Made by a program: the position numbers and the translations under genes
Shown here: positions 1 to 9,165 of the stretch, in pieces
How positions within the stretch are numbered: position 1 is the first letter of the stretch
How the letters are laid out: every line of letters starts with the position of its first letter
Notes under the pieces: model-generated
What the model saw: the letters and a program-made list of their open reading frames with translations, nothing else
Told to the model about the DNA's origin: nothing
Databases searched by the model: none
NCBI GenBank assembly: GCA_903828695.1
Contig: CAIKNE010000039.1
Location: 14,191 to 78,190 of the forward strand
Direction of reading: 5' to 3'
Length of the DNA: 64,000 nt
Origin: an uncultured Burkholderiales bacterium
GTDB taxonomy: Bacteria; Pseudomonadota; Gammaproteobacteria; Burkholderiales; Burkholderiaceae_C

Positions 1-2725
1 CTGCGGCCAATGCCTGGCTTGGAGCAGACCCCGGGGCGCTGACTTTACGAGGAGTCTTGGCTTTTACTGTTTTGGTCGACGCTTTGACTTTTGCCCCTTT
101 TGCGGATTTTCCAGTAGTTTTGGCCTGTGCGCCGCCAGCCGTTACGCGTTGTGCACTCGTCTTTCTTGGGGGATATTTGCTGTTACGTGGTTCAAAGGCA
201 AAGCTTACTTTGCCCGCCTCCGGATCCCAGGCTAGGTACGCTTTAAAAGATCTTCTGGTTCTCATGGACACAAACTTATCTAAGAGATCTGTTTTACCAG
301 TGGTCAATAATTTGCGGAACTGATCCAAGTCGATCGGTTGTTGGAGGACTATCTTGCCACTCTTAAAGTCACAACTCGGCGTGGGTTGCTCAAGGGTCGG
401 AACGCTTTTGGAGCAAACATAATTGCTGCCTCGCTCAAACACAGCAGAACTGCACTTGGGGCAAGCGCCTAGTGATTCAAATCCTTCAAAACTGACTATC
501 TCACCGGTTTCGGCATTCTTATCTTCACCAAAATCAAATTCCAACTTCCAATTCTTTTCTTCTTCGTTGAATTTCAAAGCAATTTCTGCGGTGAAAGGCC
601 AGCCCGCTTTTGAGCGAAAACCTTCCAGCGGACCAATTTTCTTGTTTTCAAGGAACAGCTCAACCTCGCTTGCCTCAAAAGTACGTCCGCCTGGGGTTTT
701 GCCAAACGAAAAACCGCATCCTTCAGCGTCGCCCGTTTTGCCGCAACAACTATACCTTCTGTAGTTCTCCTTGACTACTCCTCCGCAATTGGGGCAGGGC
801 GTCTCCAGGGTGGCGTAGTCTCCCGGGATCGTGTCTCGGTCGTATTCCTTGGCCTTTTTGACAATGTGCTGAGTCATCTCAGCAATTTCTTTCATGAAAT
901 GATCTCGAGAGAGTTTGCCTTGCTCAATTAAGGCTAATTTATGCTCCCATTCACCCGTGAGCGTTGGGTGAGATAACTCCTCAACGCCGAGACCTCTTAG
1001 TAGTGTCATAAGTTGAAAGGACTTTGCGGTCGGTATTAGTTCACGAGCATCCCGGATAATATATTTCTCATTCAACAAGCCCTCAATAATGGCTGCGCGT
1101 GTGGCCGGGGTGCCAAGGCCTTTTTCCATCATAGCCTCACGAAGATCCTCATCTTCTACCAATTTTCCTGCTCCCTCCATAGCACCTAAAAGTGTTGCTT
1201 CTGTGTACCGAGCTGGTGGCCTCGTTTTGAGGGGCTTCGGCTCGATACTTTCAACCGACGGTTTCTCATTGGGTTGGAGTACGACCAGGCCAGCTTCTTT
1301 GTCGTCTTCGTCTTGAGCTTCTTTTCCGAAAATGGCTTGCCATCCAGGGTTGACTAAAATTTTGCCCTCGGTTTTAAAGTGATGAACAACTCCGTCGTGT
1401 TCAACCTTACTGATACGTGTGGTAATCAAAAACTCAGCTGGCGGATAAAAAGCACCTAAGAACCTGCGTACTACGAGGTCATAGAGCTTTTGCTCAGCCT
1501 CTGAGAGGCCGCTTGGTGCTTCTAGTGTGGGAATAATCGCAAAGTGATCGCTGACCTTTGCGTTGTCAAAAACCTTTTTTGAAGGTTTGATGTATTTTTT
1601 GTCAATTGCAATTTTGGCAAAAGGGGCCAAATGCTTCATCGAGCTACTGGCGATCATCTCAAACGTTGAGTGCACAGTTGCTAAATAGTCTTCAGGAAGG
1701 TGTCTGGAGTCTGTCCTTGGGTAGGTCAATGCCTTGTGCCTCTCATAAAGGCTTTGTGCAAGTGCAAGTGTTGTTTTAGCAGAAAAGCCAAAGCGCCCAT
1801 TGGCCTCTCGTTGCAGAGAGGTCAAATCGAAAAGCCCTGGACTACCTTTGTTGGACGGAGAGCTTTCCTCGGTAACCGTTGCGGTCTTGCCTTGCAAATG
1901 AGATGAAATATTGAGCGCAGCGGCCTCGGTCCAGACCCGGTCCGCTTTTTTCTCAGAGTCGAGCTCATCCTTCTTGTGCTCAGGAGAAAACCATTTGCCG
2001 TTATAAGAGCCGGCCTTGGCTTTGAAGGTGGCGTGGATCTCCCAAAAGTCACGACTCACAAATTTTCTAATGAGCTCTTCACGTTCCACGACAACGCTTA
2101 GCGTTGGGGTTTGCACGCGACCCACGGTAGTTAAGAAGAATCCGCCGTCCCTGGAGTTAAAGGCAGTAAAGGCTCTTGTGCCGTTGATGCCGACCAACCA
2201 ATCTGCTTCCGAGCGACAGCGGGCAGCGTCTGCGAGTCCTTGCATTTGCTGGTTGGTTCTCAATTTGTCAAAGCCGTCCCGGATGGCTTGTGGCGTCATG
2301 CTTTGAAGCCAAAGACGAGAAACTGTTTTGTCCAGGGCTTTTTTGCCCCCTGCAAACTGTTCAATTAAACGAAAAATCAACTCTCCTTCTCTTCCCGCGT
2401 CACATGCGTTCACGAGGTTTGAGATGTCTTTGCGCTTGGCTAGTTTGACGACAGCGTTCAGTCGCGATTTTGTTTTCTCAACTGGCTTTAAATCAAAATA
2501 GGGCGGTATGACGGGTAAATTAGCAAAACTCCACTTGCCGCGTTTGACTTCAAAATCCTCGGGCGCTTGGATTTCCAGTAAGTGACCTACAGCGCTGGTA
2601 ACGACGTATCGCTCGTTTTCAAAGTGATCATCATGCTTTTCAAATTTGCCAGATTGCGGCGTTAAAGCTTTGACAATGTCTTGAGCAACAGAGGGCTTTT
2701 CGGCAATAACCAAAGTCTTACTCAT
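1..2725 (-). CDS. topB: DNA topoisomerase III (type IA), 3'-partial; runs off the window start, probably into a C-terminal SWIB domain
   Basis: Not in the ORF track because there is no stop in the window. Manual translation from ATG 2725: MSKTLVIAEKPSVAQDIVKAL (TOPRIM), then NACDAGREGELIF and TVGRVQTPTL. The frame at bases 180 to 1 still reads as protein, ending KTPRKVSAPGSAPSQALAA. Confidence 0.95.
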   Translation of the reverse strand, partial: MSKTLVIAEKPSVAQDIVKALTPQSGKFEKHDDHFENERYVVTSAVGHLLEIQAPEDFEVKRGKWSFANLPVIPPYFDLKPVEKTKSRLNAVVKLAKRKDISNLVNACDAGREGELIFRLIEQFAGGKKALDKTVSRLWLQSMTPQAIRDGFDKLRTNQQMQGLADAARCRSEADWLVGINGTRAFTAFNSRDGGFFLTTVGRVQTPTLSVVVEREELIRKFVSRDFWEIHATFKAKAGSYNGKWFSPEHKKDELDSEKKADRVWTEAAALNISSHLQGKTATVTEESSPSNKGSPGLFDLTSLQREANGRFGFSAKTTLALAQSLYERHKALTYPRTDSRHLPEDYLATVHSTFEMIASSSMKHLAPFAKIAIDKKYIKPSKKVFDNAKVSDHFAIIPTLEAPSGLSEAEQKLYDLVVRRFLGAFYPPAEFLITTRISKVEHDGVVHHFKTEGKILVNPGWQAIFGKEAQDEDDKEAGLVVLQPNEKPSVESIEPKPLKTRPPARYTEATLLGAMEGAGKLVEDEDLREAMMEKGLGTPATRAAIIEGLLNEKYIIRDARELIPTAKSFQLMTLLRGLGVEELSHPTLTGEWEHKLALIEQGKLSRDHFMKEIAEMTQHIVKKAKEYDRDTIPGDYATLETPCPNCGGVVKENYRRYSCCGKTGDAEGCGFSFGKTPGGRTFEASEVELFLENKKIGPLEGFRSKAGWPFTAEIALKFNEEEKNWKLEFDFGEDKNAETGEIVSFEGFESLGACPKCSSAVFERGSNYVCSKSVPTLEQPTPSCDFKSGKIVLQQPIDLDQFRKLLTTGKTDLLDKFVSMRTRRSFKAYLAWDPEAGKVSFAFEPRNSKYPPRKTSAQRVTAGGAQAKTTGKSAKGAKVKASTKTVKAKTPRKVSAPGSAPSQALAA

Positions 2726-2859
2726 TCGTATATTTTCCTCAAATTGAAATTCAGGTTTAGCGATCTAAAAAGGTTTTAAGGCCTAATGTTGATCCTACAA
2801 TGCGAGATTATTGCTCGCAATTGTGTAAATTTGTGCATGTCTAATCTTAACGAGTTTTT

Positions 2860-3342
2860 ATGGTGATCAAAAAAGAGGCGGGAAAATTGTCAGGTCGGCG
2901 CATCCAAGTCAGGCGCTCAGGCGTTCATGGCAAGGGAGTTTTTGCCGCTCAAGACATACCCAAAGGTGAACATATCATTCAATATGTCGGTGAAATTATT
3001 ACCTGGAAGACCGCTGAGCGCAGGCATCCTCACAACCCTAAAGATCCAAATCACACATTCTATTTTCACATCAACGACAAGCACGTGATCGACGCACTGC
3101 ACGGTGGAAACTCGTCGCGCTGGATCAACCATTCGTGTTCTCCTAACTGCGAAGCCGATGAAATTGGTGAAGAAGTGTTTATCAAGTCAATCAAAAAAAT
3201 AAAGGCCGGCGACGAGCTCACCTACGATTACGGTTTGACAATTGATGAGCCCTACACGGCAAAGCTTAAAGCTCAGTATCCGTGTTGGTGTGGTGCCAAG
3301 CATTGCCGCGGCACTCTGCTCTCGCCCAAATCCAAAAAATAA
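2860..3342 (+). CDS. SET domain protein-lysine methyltransferase
   Basis: SET motifs GVHGKGVFA, RWINHSCSPN and ELTYDY, plus post-SET CWCGAKHCRG. Confidence 0.93.
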   Translation: MVIKKEAGKLSGRRIQVRRSGVHGKGVFAAQDIPKGEHIIQYVGEIITWKTAERRHPHNPKDPNHTFYFHINDKHVIDALHGGNSSRWINHSCSPNCEADEIGEEVFIKSIKKIKAGDELTYDYGLTIDEPYTAKLKAQYPCWCGAKHCRGTLLSPKSKK

Positions 3343-3353
3343 AAGAGCCCTTG

Positions 3354-4193
3354 ATGGATTGGCCATTAACTGAACTTTGCGCAGCTATAGCGTCTAAAAT
3401 TCCAGGCTTCAGCGCAGAGGTCTTACCCAGCATTGACTCGACCAACAGTGAATTGATGCGGCGCTCGAAGAATGGTTTTTTAGAACCCTTGCTGTTGATT
3501 GCTGAAGAACAAACCGCAGGCAAAGGCCGTCTCGGAAGAGTTTGGTTTGCCAATCCAGGTGACTGCCTTACATTTTCGATTGGGCTAAACCTATCCATTC
3601 AAGACTGGAGTGGATTTTCGCTCGCGGTGGGTTTGGGTATATTGCAGGCGCTAGATCCACACCAACACTACGGCGTTGGACTGAAGTGGCCCAACGATCT
3701 TTGGCTAGGTCTGGGAGACCCTCACACCGCGCGCAAACTAGGTGGGATATTGATTGAATCTGCCGTGTCAACAGCGCCTAGCGGTGCGGTCCCGCACTCG
3801 CGTTACTGCGTCATTGGAGTGGGGATCAATTTAGTGGCACCCCAGGGGGTGGATTTAAAAAGAGCTGCTGCGGGGTGGTGCGATGTTGATCCCAAAAGTC
3901 GTCCAGGTTCTGTCTTGTTGAGCGCAGTATCTGGGATTATTAAAGGTGTGATGCGCTTTCAAGAGCGAGGTTTTTCTTCTTTTAAAAACGAGTATTCAGC
4001 CTATGACATACTTTTTAATCAACAAGTTTCTATGAGTAACGGGGTTGTTGGGCGAGCATGTGGTGTCAATTCGCGCGGCGAGTTGCTTATTCAAACGAGC
4101 GCGGGTGTTGTACCGGTCATAAGCGATGAGGTTAGTTTGGTCGAGTTGGGTGGTTTTGAGTCTGATTTGAAGTTACGTCCAGATAGCGAATGA
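3354..4193 (+). CDS. birA: Biotin--[acetyl-CoA carboxylase] ligase without N-terminal HTH
   Basis: IDSTNSELMR, AEEQTAGKGRLGRVW, LKWPNDL, KLGGILIE, VIGVGINL. Start moved to ATG 3354, just after the SET stop. Confidence 0.93.
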   Translation: MDWPLTELCAAIASKIPGFSAEVLPSIDSTNSELMRRSKNGFLEPLLLIAEEQTAGKGRLGRVWFANPGDCLTFSIGLNLSIQDWSGFSLAVGLGILQALDPHQHYGVGLKWPNDLWLGLGDPHTARKLGGILIESAVSTAPSGAVPHSRYCVIGVGINLVAPQGVDLKRAAAGWCDVDPKSRPGSVLLSAVSGIIKGVMRFQERGFSSFKNEYSAYDILFNQQVSMSNGVVGRACGVNSRGELLIQTSAGVVPVISDEVSLVELGGFESDLKLRPDSE

Positions 4194-4405
4194 AAAAATC
4201 AAGATATTTTTGGCCCCTTTTTTGGATTGCAGTCAACTTGGTGATTTGGAGCTGGGCTAGTGGGTTTTTGCAAGAACAAATTTGGACTCATAAACCCGCT
4301 CAACAGCCCCTGCGTGCGCTTGAGGAATTAAATCCGGATTCGGTGCGGCTCATGCAGGATGCTGGCGCTGGAGCTGCGCGAGGCATCTCTACCCCCAATC
4401 AATAA
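4190..4405 (+). CDS. Small single-pass membrane protein, possibly the N-terminal part of the SPOR-domain protein usually found after birA
   Basis: ATGA overlap with the birA stop; hydrophobic N-terminus (YFWPLFWIAVNLVIWSWASG); 71 aa. Confidence 0.6.
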   Translation: MKKSRYFWPLFWIAVNLVIWSWASGFLQEQIWTHKPAQQPLRALEELNPDSVRLMQDAGAGAARGISTPNQ

Positions 4406-4445
4406 TTACTCAGGCCGATTTCTGGTGACAAGTGCTAAGGCTTTT

Positions 4446-4946
4446 CTAAGGGATGCCTTTGGGTTGGGTGAGCTCTTGTGTATACACCTCTAGCGCAAGC
4501 TCAGTGACAGTTGCCACCTCATCGCCTACTTCGGAATGAAATTCTTGCTCCGTGGTGCGAATGGCTCGCTCGAATGCTTTTAGCCAACTAAGTCCGATGT
4601 CTGTGAACCGAATGATTTTGGCGCGCGTGTCCCGAGGATCATCTGTGCGCTCCACGAGTCCCCAAGCTGCGCATTGATTGACCAACTCGCCCATGCCCTG
4701 CTTGGTGACGCCAGCACTTTGGGCTAAATCGGTTAACCGAGAGCCTTCGAGTGCCAGGTGACGGGTTATGTGAATATGTGCTGCGCTAATTTTGTGTCGA
4801 GCCGCCAAATTAGAAAGCGCTAGCGGCACGTCCGTATCATGAGACATGAGATGCAAGACACGCTCATCAAAGCGGCGCATTGCCTCTCCTAGTAACCTGC
4901 CTAAATGGACTTGGCGCCAATCATGATGAGTGGGAAGTTGCTTCAT
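4446..4946 (-). CDS. MarR family transcriptional regulator
   Basis: Winged HTH: SRLTDLAQSAGVTKQGMGELV...GLVER..DPRDTRAKIIRFT. Confidence 0.88.
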   Translation of the reverse strand: MKQLPTHHDWRQVHLGRLLGEAMRRFDERVLHLMSHDTDVPLALSNLAARHKISAAHIHITRHLALEGSRLTDLAQSAGVTKQGMGELVNQCAAWGLVERTDDPRDTRAKIIRFTDIGLSWLKAFERAIRTTEQEFHSEVGDEVATVTELALEVYTQELTQPKGIP

Positions 4947-5012
4947 AATCGATATAGTAAAGTAAATTGACTAAAAATTCGTTGATTGAAGTGTATAAAT
5001 TGAGATAAAGTA

Positions 5013-5028
5013 CTGCCTAGGCATCCAG
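5013..5028. promoter_or_regulatory. Degenerate second LexA box
   Basis: CTGCCTAGGCATCCAG = CTG-N10-CAG, 1 nt upstream of the canonical box. Confidence 0.5.
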
Positions 5029-5029
5029 T

Positions 5030-5045
5030 CTGTTGAAATATACAG
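5030..5045. promoter_or_regulatory. LexA (SOS) box upstream of recA
   Basis: CTGTTGAAATATACAG is a perfect CTGT-N8-ACAG, 46 nt upstream of the recA ATG. Confidence 0.85.
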
Positions 5046-5091
5046 CACTGAGTGATTTCACCAAATACGTCTACAACTAAAAGGAAGCATC

Positions 5092-6288
5092 ATGGAATCA
5101 GCAACAAAGGGCGCAGCTCCAACTGGAGAAAAAGGCAAGGCATTACAGGCTGCATTGGCTCAAATTGAAAAGCAATTTGGTAAAGGGACCATCATGCGTC
5201 TGGGCGAAGGTGAGGTGATTGAGGATATTCAAGTCGTCTCCACGGGCTCCCTTGGTTTGGATGTGGCCCTTGGTGTGGGGGGTCTGCCCCGAGGACGAGT
5301 GATTGAAATCTATGGACCAGAGTCATCGGGCAAAACAACATTGACCTTGCAAGTCATCGCGGAGATGCAAAGACAAGCGGGTACTTGTGCATTCGTGGAT
5401 GCAGAGCATGCCCTGGATGTACAGTATGCTCAAAAGTTGGGTGTTAATTTGCAAGAATTATTGATCAGTCAGCCTGATACGGGCGAGCAAGCGCTCGAGA
5501 TTGTGGATAGCTTGGTGCGTTCAGGGGCAGTAGATTTAGTTGTGGTTGACTCCGTAGCTGCTTTGACCCCGCGTGCAGAAATTGAAGGCGAGATGGGGGA
5601 TTCATTGCCAGGTTTGCAAGCGCGTTTGATGAGTCAAGCACTTAGAAAGCTCACGGCCAGTATTAAAAAGACCAATTGCACTGTTATTTTCATCAATCAA
5701 ATTCGTATGAAAATCGGTGTGATGTTCGGTAGTCCAGAAACGACAACGGGTGGAAATGCATTGAAATTTTATGCCTCAGTCCGCTTAGATATCAGGCGCA
5801 CCGGTACGATCAAGCGCGGAGAAGATGCAGTTGGTAACGAAACAAAAGTGAAGGTTGTAAAAAATAAAGTCGCACCTCCTTTTAAAACAGCGGAGTTTGA
5901 TATTTTGTTTGGCGAGGGCATTAGTCGTCACGGCGAGATTATCGATTTGGGTGTGGCCGCACGGATTGTTGAAAAATCAGGCGCCTGGTATGCCTATAAC
6001 GGCGAAAAAATTGGACAAGGGCGAGATAACGCGCGCGAATTCCTACGTGAAAATCCAGAGCTCGCATTTGAGATCGAAAACAAGGTCAGGGAGTCCTTGG
6101 GCGTGCCCCTCTTGTTGGAACCAGTAACTGGATTTGGTGAGCAAGACGAATCCGATGACGTAGCAACCCCGCACGCCAAGGAAGTTCGAGAGCCCAAGGG
6201 TCGCGCTGCCAAAGCAAAAGCTGCAAAAGAAGCGGCTGATGCGCTAGCCAGTGCAAGCGCTAAAGACGAAGAAGTCTTAGACGCCTAA
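5092..6288 (+). CDS. recA: Recombinase A
   Basis: [10 protein letters not shown] Walker [45 protein letters not shown]. Confidence 0.99.
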   Translation: MESATKGAAPTGEKGKALQAALAQIEKQFGKGTIMRLGEGEVIEDIQVVSTGSLGLDVALGVGGLPRGRVIEIYGPESSGKTTLTLQVIAEMQRQAGTCAFVDAEHALDVQYAQKLGVNLQELLISQPDTGEQALEIVDSLVRSGAVDLVVVDSVAALTPRAEIEGEMGDSLPGLQARLMSQALRKLTASIKKTNCTVIFINQIRMKIGVMFGSPETTTGGNALKFYASVRLDIRRTGTIKRGEDAVGNETKVKVVKNKVAPPFKTAEFDILFGEGISRHGEIIDLGVAARIVEKSGAWYAYNGEKIGQGRDNAREFLRENPELAFEIENKVRESLGVPLLLEPVTGFGEQDESDDVATPHAKEVREPKGRAAKAKAAKEAADALASASAKDEEVLDA

Positions 6289-6338
6289 CCGCCCCTCTTT
6301 TTGATGCAAGTCTCAAACCGCAACAGGGAGCAACGTTA

Positions 6339-6854
6339 ATGGGTCCGTCTTTAAAAGGGCGGGCCCTTCGTTTGCTCTCAAACCGCGAGCACTCAAGGCT
6401 CGAATTAGCCCAAAAACTCAAGTCGCATGCTCAAAGTGAAGAGGAGTTGGCGCAGACACTGGAGTGGTTACAGACAAAAGGCTTCATTAATGAACAGCGT
6501 GTACTCGAGTCCGTGGTTTATAGGCGATCTCCTAAACTAGGCTACGCAAGAATCGCGCGTGAATTACAGGACAAAGGCCTGGCCGCGCCAGCTGTCGCCC
6601 AAGCCGTAAAAGAGCTGAAGGAAACAGAGGCAGAGCGGGCAAAAATGGTGTGGTTGAAAAAATTTAAAACACCCGCGCTTGACGCAGGCGACAAAGCAAA
6701 GCAGATGCGGTTTTTGATGTCGCGGGGTTTTGCGCCGTCTGTAGTCATTCAAGTATTGAGCGCAGTGGCAAAAAAACACAATCAGGGAACGGATTTAATT
6801 GTCGACGCGGATGATGAATTTGCAGGGATGACGGGAGATTTTGAGGTCAATTAA
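6339..6854 (+). CDS. recX: Regulatory protein RecX
   Basis: SLKGRALRLLSNREHSRLELAQKL, KQMRFLMSRGF; directly after recA. Confidence 0.92.
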   Translation: MGPSLKGRALRLLSNREHSRLELAQKLKSHAQSEEELAQTLEWLQTKGFINEQRVLESVVYRRSPKLGYARIARELQDKGLAAPAVAQAVKELKETEAERAKMVWLKKFKTPALDAGDKAKQMRFLMSRGFAPSVVIQVLSAVAKKHNQGTDLIVDADDEFAGMTGDFEVN

Positions 6855-6863
6855 TCTCGTCAA

Positions 6864-7796
6864 TCAAGACTGAACGTTTAGCATGAGTCTTAAATTTTGA
6901 ACCGCAGCACCGCTAGCGCCCTTGCCAAGGTTGTCAAATTGAGCAAAAAGAACAGCTTGGTGTTTATCCGTGTTTGCGAATACATGAATCGCCATTCGAT
7001 CAGAGCCAACGAGTGCAGTTGCACTTAACTTGGTAGTTGGATTACCCCAGTGAACACTGATCACGGGCTCGCTTGGAGAGCAAACCTTTGAGTAATGTTC
7101 TTGCAACACATCATATATATCTTGTGGACTTGTTGATGGTTTTAAGTAGTCCAGGTGCAAGGGGAGTTGAACCAGCATCCCCTGAGGAAAGCTTGCCACA
7201 CTTGGCACGAAAATGGGGTCTCTTTCAAGCCCTGCGTACTTCATAATTTCCGGCATATGCTTGTGTGTAAGTCCAAGTGCATAGGCCTCAAATCGAGCAG
7301 TGGGGGAGGACTCAAACTCCTCAATCATGGCGCGTCCACCACCTGAATAGCCGCTTACACTGGGTAAGCAAAGAGGGGAGTTAGGTGCTAATAAACCACC
7401 CTTAACCAGCGGGCGAATAAGCGCAATAGCCCCGCTTGCATAGCACCCTGGGTTGGATACCTTCGTACTTTGGCGGATCAAGTTTGCTTGATCAGGACTT
7501 AATTCTGCAAAACCGTAGGTCCAGTCTGGATGCGTTCTGTAAGCCGTAGACGCATCCAGCACTTTAGGTTTATGTCCGTTGAGCGAGTCGATCAACCCCA
7601 CAGATTCAATAGATGCTTCGTCGTGTAAACAAAGGATAACTAAATCTACATCTTGAATGATCTTTTGTTTGGCTGAATTGTCCTTGCGCAGTTCGGGCGC
7701 AATCGAGATAACTTCGACTTCGGACATCGATTTCAGTCTGTCCCGAATCTGTAGGCCAGTGGTGCCTGCTTCCCCATCGATAAATATTTTGAACAT
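6864..7796 (-). CDS. argC: N-acetyl-gamma-glutamyl-phosphate reductase (type 2)
   Basis: [33 protein letters not shown]. Confidence 0.95.
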   Translation of the reverse strand: MFKIFIDGEAGTTGLQIRDRLKSMSEVEVISIAPELRKDNSAKQKIIQDVDLVILCLHDEASIESVGLIDSLNGHKPKVLDASTAYRTHPDWTYGFAELSPDQANLIRQSTKVSNPGCYASGAIALIRPLVKGGLLAPNSPLCLPSVSGYSGGGRAMIEEFESSPTARFEAYALGLTHKHMPEIMKYAGLERDPIFVPSVASFPQGMLVQLPLHLDYLKPSTSPQDIYDVLQEHYSKVCSPSEPVISVHWGNPTTKLSATALVGSDRMAIHVFANTDKHQAVLFAQFDNLGKGASGAAVQNLRLMLNVQS

Positions 7797-7889
7797 TTTA
7801 GTGATCGCTTTCTAAAGTAGCACTTTTTGTCGCTTTACGAGGAAGTGGTGGCCAAAAAAAACATAAAAACTGAGGTAGATCAAAGAATT

Positions 7890-7902
7890 GTGCGCCGCAC
7901 CA
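7890..7902 (+). promoter_or_regulatory. Candidate PhaR-type operator (TGC-N3-GCA) upstream of sucC
   Basis: GTGC-GCC-GCAC dyad; TGCGCCGCACCA fits the PhaR consensus as I recall it (TGCRNYGCASMA). Confidence 0.4.
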
Positions 7903-7987
7903 TGATACATTTCAACACGGCAAAGTCTCGGTGCGGGGTTATTATCGCCCCGCGATGACCGGTCATTAACATTGATTTAACACTATT

Positions 7988-9148
7988 ATGAAGATACATG
8001 AGTACCAAGGCAAGGAAATCCTGCGTAACTTTGGCGTTCCCGTTCCCCGTGGAATCCCGGCTTTTACTGTTCAAGAGGCTGTAGAGGCGGCACAAAAACT
8101 CGGTGGACCGGTTTGGGTTGTCAAAGCTCAAATTCATGCGGGAGGCCGGGGTAAGGGCGGAGGCGTGAAGTTAGCGCGCTCCATCGATGAGGTTAAGAAA
8201 CTGGCCGGTGAGATTTTGGGGATGCAACTCATTACCCATCAAACAGGTCCCTTGGGACAAAAAGTACGTCGCCTGCTCATTGAAGACGGTGCAGACATTA
8301 AAAAAGAATATTACGTATCTTTAGTCACAGACCGTGCCTCACAAAAAGTGGCTTTAATGGCCTCCTCAGAGGGTGGAATGGATATTGAAGAAGTGGCTCA
8401 CAGTACTCCAGAGAAAATTGTAAAAGTTTTTATTGACCCTATGGTTGGGTTAACGAATGAACAAGCCAATTCTGTTGCAAAAAGCATCGGCGTACCTGCG
8501 GGTTCCACCGAACAAGCAGTAGATGTGTTCAAAAAGTTGTACGCTTGCTATCAAGAGACAGATTCTTCTTTGGCTGAGATCAACCCATTGATTCTTGAGG
8601 GCAACGGAGGAATTAAGGCGTTAGACGCTAAATTCAACTTTGATCCTAATGCCTTGTTCCGTCACCCTGAAATCGTCGCCTACAGAGACTTGGATGAGGA
8701 AGACCCAGCCGAGATTGAAGCTTCTAAATTTGACTTGGCCTACATTAGTTTAGACGGCAACATTGGTTGTTTGGTAAACGGTGCAGGTCTTGCCATGGCA
8801 ACCATGGATACCATCAAACTGTTTGGCGCTGAGCCAGCGAACTTCCTTGACGTGGGAGGCGGAGCAACGCCTGAGAAAGTCACCGAGGCATTTAAGATCA
8901 TGTTAAAGAATCCAAAGGTCAAAGCCATTTTGGTCAATATCTTTGGCGGAATTATGAAGTGTGACACCATCGCTAATGGCGTGATTACGGCTTGTAAGGC
9001 TGTGAACTTGAGTGTTCCACTTGTGGTTCGCATGAAAGGCACAAACGAAGATTTGGGCAAAAAAATGTTAGCTGATTCAGGACTTCCCATCATCAGCGCT
9101 GACACGATGGCAGAAGCGGCTCAAAAGGTCGTGGCCGCATTGAACTGA
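7988..9148 (+). CDS. sucC: Succinate--CoA ligase subunit beta
   Basis: [44 protein letters not shown]. Confidence 0.99.
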   Translation: MKIHEYQGKEILRNFGVPVPRGIPAFTVQEAVEAAQKLGGPVWVVKAQIHAGGRGKGGGVKLARSIDEVKKLAGEILGMQLITHQTGPLGQKVRRLLIEDGADIKKEYYVSLVTDRASQKVALMASSEGGMDIEEVAHSTPEKIVKVFIDPMVGLTNEQANSVAKSIGVPAGSTEQAVDVFKKLYACYQETDSSLAEINPLILEGNGGIKALDAKFNFDPNALFRHPEIVAYRDLDEEDPAEIEASKFDLAYISLDGNIGCLVNGAGLAMATMDTIKLFGAEPANFLDVGGGATPEKVTEAFKIMLKNPKVKAILVNIFGGIMKCDTIANGVITACKAVNLSVPLVVRMKGTNEDLGKKMLADSGLPIISADTMAEAAQKVVAALN

Positions 9149-9165
9149 CCCAAAGGAAAATTAGC

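Noticed and set aside
57-2306. Several + strand ORFs (57-323, 423-764, 1089-1316, 1700-1906, 2016-2306)
   Set aside because: They are antisense shadows of topB, which occupies the minus strand throughout, and carry no family motifs.
5092-6288. Intein explaining the extra length of RecA
   Set aside because: The core is contiguous, the extra residues are all C-terminal, and there are no splice-junction motifs.
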